From Macrostomum lignano (lineage: Eukaryota): a stretch of 64,000 nt of DNA. The position numbers and the translations under genes were made by a program. Shown here in pieces: positions 1 to 22,400 of the stretch (the first letter of the stretch is position 1; every line of letters starts with the position of its first letter). The notes below the pieces were generated by a model that had not been told where the DNA came from, did no database searches, and worked only from the letters and a program-made list of their open reading frames with translations. Location: contig NIVC01001018.1 of assembly GCA_002269645.1 (NCBI GenBank), positions 1 to 64,000 of the forward strand. Reading direction: 5' to 3'.

Positions 1-355
1 CCCACTGACTCTTTCACAAACCCTGACTTTCACATTGAGTCTTTCACAAACCCAGACATTTCACATTGAGTCTTTCACAAACCCAGACATTTCCCGCTGA
101 CTCTTTCACAAACCCTGACTTTCACATTGAGTCTTTCACAAACCCAGACGTTTCAGATTGAATCTTTCACAAACCCAGACATTTCACATTTAATCTGTAA
201 CAAGCACCGAAATTTCACATAGAATCTGTAACAAACACCGAAACTTCACATAGAATCTGTAACAAGTACCTAAATTTCACATAGAATCTGTAACAAGTAC
301 CTAAATTTCACAAAGGATCTGTAACAAGTACCTAAATTTCACAAAGAATCTCTAT
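1..355. repeat. 30-31 bp minisatellite, two related sub-arrays, in ARF intron 2
   Basis: Repeated TCTTTCACAAACCCAGACATTTCACATTGAG drifting into AATCTGTAACAAGTACCTAAATTTCACATAG. Confidence 0.9.
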
Positions 356-378
356 CAACAACTAGCACCGAGATTTCA

Positions 379-10328
<9,950 letters not shown>

Positions 10329-11014
10329 TGCTAGTCCTAAATTAACCTAGTCAACAGCGAGTAATATACAGTGAAAAAAATACCGCTCGATTGGAAAACT
10401 GTGCGGCCTATCCTCAGCGTGCGGACAAAATAGTAATTGCTTCTTTCTGTCTGAAGAATTTTTTGTTCACCGGTTGATGTCATCAAGGTTTAAAAATATT
10501 CCCTATAAGAAAAAAACAAAATCAATATATTATTACATTTTAAAAATGTTTTCAGTTTTTTTTCAATAGAATTTCTGTAATTAATTTAAAGTGGTTTTTT
10601 ACTTTACGTAAACTTTTAACATCAGAGAGCACAGTCTCTTTTTTGAACAGTCATTTCTTTGAACAGTGACATCATGACATGCAGGTCGTTGGCTAGTAAC
10701 GTGATTGTGATCGGCATTACGTTTCTTTATAACACTTACTCGCTAAGATAGTAATACTTTTGAAGATTTTGTTGCACTTATTCAATGTGAAATGTTCCAC
10801 TTGCATTATTGTGTTTTTTGACTCCTTTACTACCAGAGCAGGGCTTACAATACATTCTTTGCTCCAAATTTTCATTTTCAATTCAGTATTAGCAAACGGT
10901 ATAAGCCTAAAGGCTAAGGCTGTGTGACTGAATTCAAATTCAAACTACAATATTTTTTATTACTTAAGTTCTAGTTTGGGACTTTTTGAATAAATGAATT
11001 CTATAGGCATAGCA
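10329..11014. promoter_or_regulatory. Bidirectional promoter / 5' UTR region shared by ARF and OSBP
   Basis: The two start codons diverge with only 686 bp between them. Locally CpG-retaining. Palindromic TGATGTCATCA near 10476. Exact TSSs cannot be seen from sequence. Confidence 0.6.
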
Positions 11015-14000
11015 ATGAATGAGCCTGGAAATCGTGATCAATCAACTCAGTACAAAGGATGGCTATATAAGTGGACAAACTATCTTAGAGGCTATCAAAA
11101 ACGTTGGTTTGTCCTTCAAAATGGACTTCTATCGTACTATCGGTAGGTTTTTAGCATGATTTAATTTATTTACTCTAAAATTAAAAAATTTTGCTTACAT
11201 TACAATGGTTGGCTACTTGGCTAAGGCTTAATAATAGGCTAGGCCTAGGCAGTTCTATGCTTGGTGACCATGTAAATAGCGAGATGGTTATTTTTATAGT
11301 GAACACTTAAAACAGTTCTACTATATAGATCTAAATGAAGTAATGAACTATAGTATAAGCTAAGTTGGTTTAATTAAAAAAATAAAGAAATAAATTATTT
11401 ATAAATATTTTGATAAAAATTTAAATGTTAACTTTTACCAATAGTTCTTGTTATTGCTTATGCTGTTGGCAAGCTAGTTTACTTTAGGTAATTGTTGACT
11501 ATTAAATTCTAATTTAAACGAATTTTCTTTTATATGACCATAAAAATAGCCATATTGCTTCCTATATCTAATAACTATAAAAATAATTTTGCTATTTATT
11601 TAATTATATTATATAAAGATCATAGGGCATTCCTTTAGTTTAAGATCACCCCAAACAGTGACAATCACCTTAAACAATGACAATCATCAAAAAAACAATT
11701 GTAAGACATAAAATTTATAGTTTCCAATGAAACGAAATCAAATGTTAGCAAACTGACTTTGTTTATTTCAAAAGATAATAAGATTGTTGTAGCACCTTAT
11801 ATTTCACCTTCAGTTTACAATCATCTAAACATATGTTGCCCATTGAAATGATCAAATGAACTGATTGGGAATTTGATATTCACCAATTCAAAAACTGATG
11901 TAATATATCACTCATTGTTCTAAGTGAGTGAGTTACATTCTAATATAAATGTACATTTTGGTTAACATGATTCATGTACATTGTATTGCTTACTTAAGAA
12001 CCTCAAATACATCATCTCTAACTGGGCCAGTTTAGGCCTGTATATATATTTTTCTCAGCTTAAACAGCAATCTTCAGACTTAAAAGTGTATAAGGTTGCA
12101 GGGTTTTCTTTTTCGCCAGAAACAAGGTGCAAAATTGCATCCTATGCTCATTTTCAGGGTGAAATTTTAAGGCTTAAAGCATAATTTCTATTTTTTCTTA
12201 TTTCAAGGCAGTGCAAATAAGGCTTTAGTGGAATAGGTTATGAGGCTGTACTTAAACCACACCCACTTTTCAATTTCAAGGTGTGATTTTAAAATTTAGG
12301 CTAGATATGCATACTCATTGCAAAAAAATAAACCTAGTTAAGTTGGGACTTTGATTTTTTTGTTTTTTCATTGATTACATTGGAAACATTTATGTTTGCT
12401 GTTTATTTATTTGGCAAAACAACCTGCTTTTGGTGAATTGACTTTTGGTAAATCAACTTACCACAAATTGACTTGCTACTATCCTAAGTATGCATAATGC
12501 ATATGAATTTTGCCTTATACACTGCATATGGGACATTTGGACTTTGGATTTAATCTACCAAGTAGGCCTATACACCAATGGACCAAGGGGTATTGCAGAA
12601 TAAAAGACCCTTTTTAGCATTTTACATTGCTTTGACAATGGTGGCATACTAACAAAACAACATTGTTACACAAAGCATACCAAAAAACTTTGTCAACTCT
12701 TTCATACACATTGTATATGCAGTGCTAGACTACCTACAACCTTGTTACATACAAGAATTTTCCCTACAAAACATTATCTTTGGGAGTATGGCCTATAGTC
12801 TAGATTATATTGGCCATATGCTAGAAAGAATTTGGCATGAATTCTTCATTTTATGCTAATTTATGCATATAAAAAATAGCCCCAAGGCTTTATGTTAAAT
12901 TGTTCCAAAGAAACGGAAAATGGTCTTAATTGCCAAATTTATCTAATTGTTAAGTGAAGCCTAGAATTTTTACAGAAATGTACCAAATTATAAGCCTTAT
13001 TTTTGTAAATAATTTCAAAAGATAATATGATAGCCATCTAAAATGTTTTCAAAATAAAAAATATAAAGTAAAATTATAAAAGTTATGTAGTTTAAATTTG
13101 TAATGTTTGTTATTTTTGTACCCAGCCACCCTCATTTCTCTGTGCAGGCTATTTTGTTCCAATTGCACATTGAGCTGATATATGTGCAAAGTTGGTATAT
13201 GTATAATGCGATATATATTTCTTTTGTATTGAGCCCTTAGGTTTGCTATTAAATATATGCCCAACTTGGGGCCAAAGTCTTAGTAAATTATCTTGGCTTT
13301 ATACCAGTAACTACATTAACATTGCAAGTGAAGCAATGGCTATTAAACTATAACTGCCTCTACCTAAGCCATTCAATGTTAACAGAGAATCACACATGCT
13401 TGCATCATGGTGGGAGGATTGGTCTTCATGGTTCCTATGCTTTATTAATGCCTTGGGTGTCAGGGACTTGGCCTAGCAAAGACAAGTGCTGTTCTACATG
13501 GGCACAAATGCTGGCCAAATTCTACAAGCAATTGACCAGCATAGGAGACTATTAAAAAGAAAATAAATCATCAAAATGAGGTTTGATTAATTAATTGCAA
13601 TGCATTTCAATCAACTCACATCATTCTCAAGCAATGTAAAGTTAAAGTAAATTACCTCTGCTTTCGCAACTTAATCTGTTCAACTTTATTCAATTGCTAT
13701 ATATTACCTCATATCTCTAATATTACTTTAATTTTCATCGTCACCTTCATACAGAAATCACGCCGAGATGTCGCACACTTGTCGCGGCACCATCAACTTA
13801 GCCAGCGCCCAGATTCTTCCATACGATTCGTGCACATTCATCATCAAGAACAGCGGCACCCAAGTGTTCCATTTGAAGGCGCCGTCCGAAGTTGACAGGC
13901 AGCGCTGGGTGACTGCGCTTGAATTGGCCAAGTCGAAAGCGCCAGCCATTCGCGATGCTGGTACGTTGGCGAGGAGAATGTACTTGTCAGCTGTTGAGTT

Positions 14001-17000
14001 ATCGTAAAGTAGCTCAGGGGCAGAGTAGCTCACTGGTATGGGACAGAGTAGCCCAGCAGTAGGGGGCAAAGCAGCTCAGCAGTACAGGGCAGAGTAGCTC
14101 AGCGATAGGAGGGAAGAATAGCTCAGCGGTAGAGGGGGGAAGAGTAGCTCAGCGGTAGGAGGGGGCAGAGTAGCTCAGCGGTAGGAGGGGGGGCAGAGTA
14201 GCTCAGCGGTAGGGGGGGGGTCAGAGTAGCTCAGCGGTAGGGGAGGGGGAGGGGGCAGAGTAGCTCAGCGCTAGAAGACAGAGTAGCTCAGCACTAGAAG
14301 GCAGAGTAGCTCAGCGCTAGAAGGCAGAGTAGCTCAGCGCTAGAATGCAGAGTAGCTCAGCGCTAGAAGGCAGAGTAGCTCAGCGCTAGAAGGCAGAGTA
14401 GCTCAGCGCTAGAAGGCAGAGTAGCTCAGCGCTAGAAGGCAGAGTAGCTCAGCGCTAGAAGGCAGAGTAGCTCAGCGCTAGAAGGCAGAGTAGCTCAGCG
14501 CTAGAATGCAGAGTAGCTCAGCGCTAGAATGCAGAGTAGCTCAGCGCTAGAAGGCAGAGTAGCTCAGCGCTAGAAGGCAGAGTAGCTCAGCGCTAGAAGG
14601 CAGAGTAGCTCAGCGCTAGAGGAGGGCAGAGTAGCTCAGCGCTAGAGGAGGGCAGAGTAGCTCAGCGCTAGAGGGCAGAGTAGCTCAGCGCTAGAGGGCA
14701 GAGTAGCTCAGCACTAGAAGGCAGAGTAGCTCAGCGCTAGAAGGCAGAGTAGCTCAGTGCTAGAGGGCAGAGTAGCTCAGCGCTAGAGGGCAGAGTAGCT
14801 CAGCGCTAGAAGGCAGAGTAGCTCAGCGCTAGAAGGCAGAGTAGCTCAGCGCTAGAGGGCAGAGTAGCTCAGCGCTAGAGAAGGGCAGAGTAGCTCAGCG
14901 CTAGAAGGCAGAGTAGCTCAGCGGTAGGGGGGGGGGGGTCAGAGTAGCTCAGCGGTAGGGGACTAGTGAATCTTCCGCCAAAATCCTTGTGAGTTTGATT
15001 CCTTGCCCGGCCACATTAATTTGTGGCTCGTGCACGAAAATTGGCCTGTTGACAGCCGTTGGCCCACGAGGGCCCCTCTGCGAACTGCGTGTACGAGTAC
15101 TTGTATTGGTGGCTTTCGGTAGGTACCTACCATAGTTTGAAAATATACTACGATTGATTCCCGGCCACCTCTTCTCAAATAGATCCTAACGAGCGTAACT
15201 TCTCAATTTGAGGATAAATTCTCTGTCGTTTGGTATTGCCGCTAGTAGCTGAAGTCCAAGTACGAATAGTCCTGAATAAACTTTAATTTGCCAGCTACTA
15301 GTTGTAATATGTATTGTCGTCCACATGCATTGGAACTGAAATGGCTGATTTGAATTATCGCCCTTAGGTTCGTGTTGACATCACCTCCCATGCGTTTGAC
15401 TCGCCTTCATCTCTCATTGCACTCCCCTTCATCTCTCATTGCACTCCCTTCATCTCCCATTGCACTCCCTTTCATCTCTCATTGCACTCCCTTCATCTCC
15501 CATTGCACTCCCCTTCATCTCCCATTGCACTCCCCTTCATCTCCCATTGCATTCCCCTTTATCTCCCGTTTGACTTCCTTCATCTCCCGTTTGACTCCCT
15601 TCATCTCCCGTTTGACTCCCCTTCATCTCCCGTTTGACTCCCCTTCATCTCCCATTGCACCTCCCAGTACTATTTAGTATTTCTTTCACCTTTCTCTTTT
15701 TCTTGTAAACACTCTGCTTATAGAATTCAAGTTTCTAACTCAAGCCCTAGTAATACTATCATTTCTAGTTTGAGAATTTTTCTAGCTGATTTCGCTCTTT
15801 GAGAATTAGTTAAAGTATACGTTCGTATAACAAATAAGATGACATAAGCTTAAGGCCTATACACAGTTTCACTAGCATTATTAAGCTGCTCCTGTAAGTC
15901 AAAATGTTATTCAAGCCCCACGTTTACTTGATTACTAGGTTAAAAGCTGCCTCTATTGATTTCTTGTTGTCGGGCTCTGCATTGCTTGTTTGAATGCCCT
16001 TTGTGTGTGTCTTGTTTTTAGGATGGCGCGGGAGGCTGAGTGCATCTTGTTTCCTTCCTTTGGAGCGAATCATTGTGCGTGACTTGCATGCACGCGCACT
16101 CTTTCAACAACTCCCAATTTTGTCTCCTTTGCTCGCCTCACACCCGGAGGGTTTCAGTTTTATTTTCGCCAGCTCCTGTTTCCACGCAGCATCTTTGCCT
16201 GTGCCCTTTCTTGGCTTGGGGAGGGTTTAGTCTTAACGACTCGCCTGTCCCTGTGTTTGTTTTTCTCTTTGTGCGAAATTATCTGATGCACTATGCGATT
16301 CTATAGGTCATGGGGTAGGCGCAGCATAGTATTGGTCTAGAATTGAGAAGGATTGAGATTCGAAGGAGCGAAGAAGAGAAGCTTCTTCATCTCCATTAAT
16401 AATTTAATCAAGATTTAGTTAGGGAGCATTAGATTAGGAATTAGTAGGATTGGGGAACATTAGATTAGGGATTAGTAGGATTAGGGAGCATTGGGTTAGG
16501 GATTAGTAGGATTAGGGAGCATTGGATTTGGGATTAGTAGGAATTGCGAAAAATCGGTCAACTAACGAGGTTCATTTTTAGTACGAGTATATAGAAAATG
16601 GGGAGCATTGGATTTAGGATTAGTAGGATTGGGGAGCATTAGATTAGGGATTAGTAGTATTGGAGAGCATTATATTAAGGATTAGTAGGATTATTAAGGA
16701 GCATTAGATTTAGGATTAGTAGGATTTGGGAGCATTAGATTAGGGATAAGTAGGATTGGGGAACATTAGATTAGGGATTAGTAGAATTAGGGAGCATTGG
16801 ATTAGGGATTAGTAGGATTAGGGAGCATTGGATTTGGGATTAGTAGGATTGGGGAGCATATAGATTAGGGATTAGTAGGATTAGGGAGCATTGGATTTGG
16901 GATTAGTAGGATTGGGGAACATTAGATTTGGGATTAGTAGGATTGGGAAACATTAGATTAGGGATTAGTAGGATTAGGGAGAATTGGATTTGGGATTAGC

Positions 17001-19393
17001 AGGAATTGCGAAAAGTCGGTCAACTAACGAGGTTCATTTTTAGTATATAGAAAATGGGGAGCATTGGATTTAGGATTAGTAGGATTAGGGAGCATTAGAT
17101 TAGGGATTAGTAGTATTGGAGAGCATTATATTAGGGATTAGTAGGATTATTAAGGAGCATTAGATTTAGGATTAGTAGGATTTGGGAGCATTAGATTAGG
17201 GATAAGTAGGATTGGGGAACATTAGATTAGGGATTAGTAGGATTAGGGAGCATTGGATTAAGGATTAGTAGGATTAGGGAGCATTGGATTTGGGATTAGT
17301 AGGATTGGGGAGCATTAGATTAGGGATTAGTAGGATTAGGGAGCATTGGATTTGGGATTAGTAGGATTGGGGAACATTAGATTTGGGATTAGTAGGATTG
17401 GGAAACATTAGATTAGGGATTAGTAGGATTAGGGAGCATTGGATTTGGGATTAGTAGGATTGGGGAACATTAGATTTGGGATTAGTAGGATTGGGAAACA
17501 TTAGATTAGGGATTAGTAGGATTAGGGAGAATTGGATTTGGGATTAGCTGGAATTGCGAAAAGTCGGTCAACTAACGAGGTTCATTTTTAGTATATAGAA
17601 AATGGGGAGCATTGGATTTAGGATTAGTAGGATTGGGGAACATTAGATTAGGGATTAGTAGGATTGTCGAGCATTAGATTAGGGATTAGTAAGAATGTGG
17701 GAAATTGGATTTAGGATTAGTAGGAATTTCCCTCATTGGATTTAGGATTGGTAGGAATGTCCCTCATTGGATTTAGGATTAGTAGGAATGTCCCTCATTG
17801 GATTTAGGATTAGTTGGAGTAAATAAATGTAAAATTTGGTGTAGTAAAATTGATACCCACCCCTTCAACATTCAGACTCGTGCTCAGAGGACGGCGAAAT
17901 CACGATGGGCACGGACTCTAGAGAGGTGGAACAGCTGATCGCTCAGATTGATCAGAAACTATCGGACATGAAGAACTTTAGCGCGACTCTCAATCACAAC
18001 GGCGAGACTCTGATTCACCTGCTAGCCGAGTTCGAGGCCAAGCGATGCGAGGCCGCCGCCGCTTTACCGGTTTCGTCCGCCGAGGACACTCTAGTCAAGT
18101 CGCTGAAGGAGAGGACCACTATGCATAAAATTATGCTTAACGCTATGCTCAACGTAAGCAGCATTTATTCTCTTTTCGTGATTCAATTACTTGGGTGCAT
18201 CTTTTAAGTTCCTTATGATAGAATCGGAGATGCTTCTTACCTGGTAGCTTTCAACTCCCAATTTCTAGGGTCACAATTTTATTAAATTAATTATGTAATC
18301 AACATCCAAATCTATTTAGCAGATTCCTAGATTTCCAACCCCGATTCCCCATCTCTGAGATCCCAGATTTCCAATCCCGATTCCCCATCTCTTGAAATTC
18401 CAGATTTCCAATCCCGATTCCCCATCTCTGAGATCCCAGATTTCCAATCCTGATTCCCCATCTCTGAAATCCCATATTTCCAATCCCGATTCCCCATCTC
18501 TGAGATCCCAGATTTCCAATCCCGATTCCCCATCTCTTGAAATCCCAGATTTCCAATCCCGATTCCCCATCTCTGAGATCCCAGATTTCCAATCCCGATT
18601 CCCCATCTCTTGAAATCCCAGATTTCCAATCCCGATTCCCCATCTCTGAAATCCCATATTTCCAATCCCGATTCCCCATCTCTGAGATCCCAGATTTCCA
18701 ATCCCGATTCCCCATCTCTGAGATCCCAGATTTCCAATCCCGATTTCCCATCTCTGAGATCCCAGATTTCCAATCCCGATCCCCCTTCTCAGATCTTAGA
18801 TCAAAATCTGAAATTCTAATGAGTCTAAGAAAGCCACAACAGTCTGCTTCAGGATTTGCCCTTGAAAAAAGCATTCTATTGCTGTCAAGTCGCTTCTGCC
18901 ATGCACCTGTCTGAACTCAAATTCAGCCTATGCCATCTGGTTGGAGTTTTTTCTTCGTCTGTTTGTCCGCCTCTCTTCTTCTGAGCGACCCTGGATGGCG
19001 AGTCTGTACGGCTGGTGCTTTAAGTTGCCTTACTCAAGAGAGAGATAAAGAATTTTTTAGCTTGCGGCTCTTTAGCCACGAGTATTAAGCATAATTATAG
19101 CTTGCTAATTTATGCTAACTGACTAGAGTACCTTTTCCATATTCGATCGGCCTTGATACACTAAGCAAGCCATCATCCAGTATATCAAATTGAATTCTTT
19201 GTGCGAGCCGAGCCGAGTCTCCGTTCCCCAGGCAGCCACCGAAATTTCTCCCATCTCGTCCCCCATCCCAACGCTGACTCTCGACTGTATTGAACTGGCG
19301 GTTTTTCCTCTCTGCGGACCCAAAAAGCTTCGGCTACTGCTACTGCTGGCTAGATGGCAGGATGGAGGGTTGCGGGTGTAAGGAAGGGGGTTG

Positions 19394-19432
<39 letters not shown>

Positions 19433-22400
19433 TTGCATTGGCGCGCGCACATCCAGGCGTTGCTTCACAGGCAGGGACTGACCGAGGGAGAAGGGAAGAT
19501 AAAAATAAATGGCATCGAACTCTTCCTGTAAGAGCTGCGTTGCGAATCCTCCTTTCCCCTCTCATCCTCTCCGTCTTCCTCTTGACTCGGTCGTGCCGCT
19601 CCCACTCGCTGCCCTGAAGCTTTAATGTTATTGAGCGTATAAAGTGGTTTAGTTAGAAGCTACAGTTTCTCTGGTTTTACACCCGAGAACTTTTTTCGCC
19701 CATAAAAATTTGCAGTCCTGCCGAGACGTTGGCGAGTTTCTGTCTAACGAAGGTCGGCGCTGGAAACGACTGCTAGATTATGAGCGCGGCCAGCGGCGCC
19801 AGCTGCAGGACATGGTTGAACAGCTAGCCAAGCAGCACAGCTCGTTGGAGAAGAAAATCATTCAGGAGGGCTCCTGTGGCGCTCATCCGGGCTTTGTTGA
19901 ATCCGCTAAGCAGCAGCAGCACCGGGGTGAGGATTTTCAAAAGTTTTGTGGGGTGACGCTTTCACTGCTTGATGCGGTGAGTGTCATCGGTCTAGTTTAC
20001 TTCTAGGATAGTGTCATTACGGATGGTGTCATTTGAGATGCTGTCATTGAGGATGGTGTCATTGTGGATAGTGTCATTGGGGATGGTGTCATTTGAGATG
20101 CTGTCATTGAGGATGGTGTCATTGGAGATGGTGTCATTGTGGATGGTGTCATTGGGGATGGTGTCATTGAGGATGGTGTCATTGTGGATGGTGTCATTGA
20201 GGATGGTGTCATTGGGGATGGTGTCATTGTGGATGGTGTCATTGTGGATGGTGTCATTGTGGATGGTGTCATTGTGGATGGTGTCATTGTGGATGGTGTC
20301 ATTGTGGATGGTGTCATTGTGGATGGTGTCATTGTGGATGGTGTCATTGTGGATGGTGTCATTGGGGATGGTGTCATTGTGGATGGTGTCATTGGGGATG
20401 GTGTCATTGTGGATGGTGTCATTGTGGATAGTGTCATTGTGGATAGTGTCATTGGGGATGGTGTCATTGGGGATGGTGTCATTGTGGATGGGGTCATTGG
20501 GGATGGTGTCATTGGGGATGGTGTCATTGGGGATGGTGTCATTGGGGATGGTGTCATTGGGGATGGTGTCATTGGGGATGGTGTCATTGTGGATGGTGTC
20601 ATTGTGGATGGTGTCATTGTGGATGGTGTCATTTGAGATGGTGTCATTGGGGATGGTGTCATTGGGGATGGTGTCATTGGAGATGGTGTCACTGGGGATG
20701 GTGCCATTGCCAGTCCCAGCAGCAAATCCCAATCTCCCTAACCAGAGCTAATAGCCCAAACTAAAAGCCACCCAAATGTCCCCCTAGCAGCTACTTCGGC
20801 ATCGTCAGCCGGTGCTGCCGACGAACCCGGTGCCTCGAAGGCGAGCCAGCAGCCAGCTGAAGACGAAGACAACAGCGAGGACGAATTTCACGACGCCAAC
20901 GAGATGCTGGAACTGGAAGGTGGTGCCGGCGTCGATTCAGCCGCTGTAGTGAATTCCCAGAAGCAGCAGAAGCAAGAGCAGCAGCAGATTATCAAGATCA
21001 GCCTGCCAACCAACCGAACGCCCAGCCCGGCCGTAGTGCACAAAACCGACAGTTTCGCTGACGAATACGAAAGCGACTGCGAATACTCGGACAGGGAGGC
21101 CCCGGGAGACAGTTGCGAATACAATGTCATCATGACTAAGCTGACTAGGCACGCGTCCTCCGGCTCGTCGGCTGGCCAGCCCAAGCTTCGCCAGCATCAG
21201 AGGCCGTTGTCTAGGCCGAGCTCGAGTGTCGGCTTCTCTCAACAACATCCTTCATCATCATCCTCAGCTTCCTTAACTGGCGGCGGTGTCGTTCGGCGCA
21301 CGCGTCGATCAACTGTACCGGAGCGACCGAATTACAGTTTGAACCTGTGGAGCATTATGAAGAATTGCATTGGCCGAGAGTTAACTAAGATACCTATGCC
21401 GGTGAATTTTAGCGAACCGTTGAGCATGCTGCAGCGCATCACAGAGGAGCTGGAGTACTCGCATTGTTTGGATAAAGCGGCCCGAGCATCGGACCAATGG
21501 GAGCAGCTGGCGTATGTTGCCGCCTATACTATTAGTTCGTATTCGACTACGGCTGCGCGAACGGCTAAACCGTTTAATCCTCTGCTTGGGGAGACGTTCG
21601 AATTCGATCGGACTGAGGATCTGGGCTGGCGATCCTTTGCCGAGCAGGTAGGACTGCAGCAGGGTTGGTCTGAGCAGGTAGGACTGCAGCAGGGTTGGTA
21701 TGAGCAGGTAGGACTGCAGCAGGGTTGGTATGAGCAGGTAGGACTGCAGCAGGGTTGGTATGAGCAGGTAGGACTGCAGCAGGGTTGGTCTGAGCAGGTA
21801 GGACTGCAGCAGGGTTGGTCTGAGCAGGTAGGACTGCAGCAGGGTTGGTCTGAGCAGGCAGAACCGAAGGATTAGCGGCGTTCGATAAGCACTTGACGGA
21901 TCAGGATTTACGCCAAGGTACTAATTACCAATCCAGGTAAGCCATCACCCGCCAGCTGCCGCGTTCCACGTCGAGAGCAAAGCGGGCTGGATCGCCTACC
22001 AAGAGTTCGGCATGTCCAGCAAGTTTCGCGGCAAATTCCTGTCAGTCATACCGCATGGCATCGCTCACCTGGTGTTCGCCGAGTCCGGGCATCACTACAC
22101 CTGGCGTAAAGTGACCTCAACTGTGCACAATATCATTGTTGGCAAATTGTGGATTGATAATCACGGCGAGATGGATATTGTTAATCACACTACTGGCGAC
22201 GTCTGCAGACTTACTTACAAACCTTATTCCTATTTCTCTCGGGAGACGCCGCGCAAAGTGACTGGAGTTATTACGGATAGGCAGGGGGTGACCAGGTAAG
22301 GTTGTTATTTGGGATGCCAAATCAATGCTAGTAAATGCAATACGAGGATGTTATAAAATAGACACAATGTATTTTATTTTTAGCAGCAGGTTTCTGGCAG

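Noticed and set aside
16420-17815. Repeat-spacer pattern reminiscent of a CRISPR array
   Set aside because: The interrupting units are identical to one another rather than unique spacers, the context is eukaryotic, and there are no cas genes.
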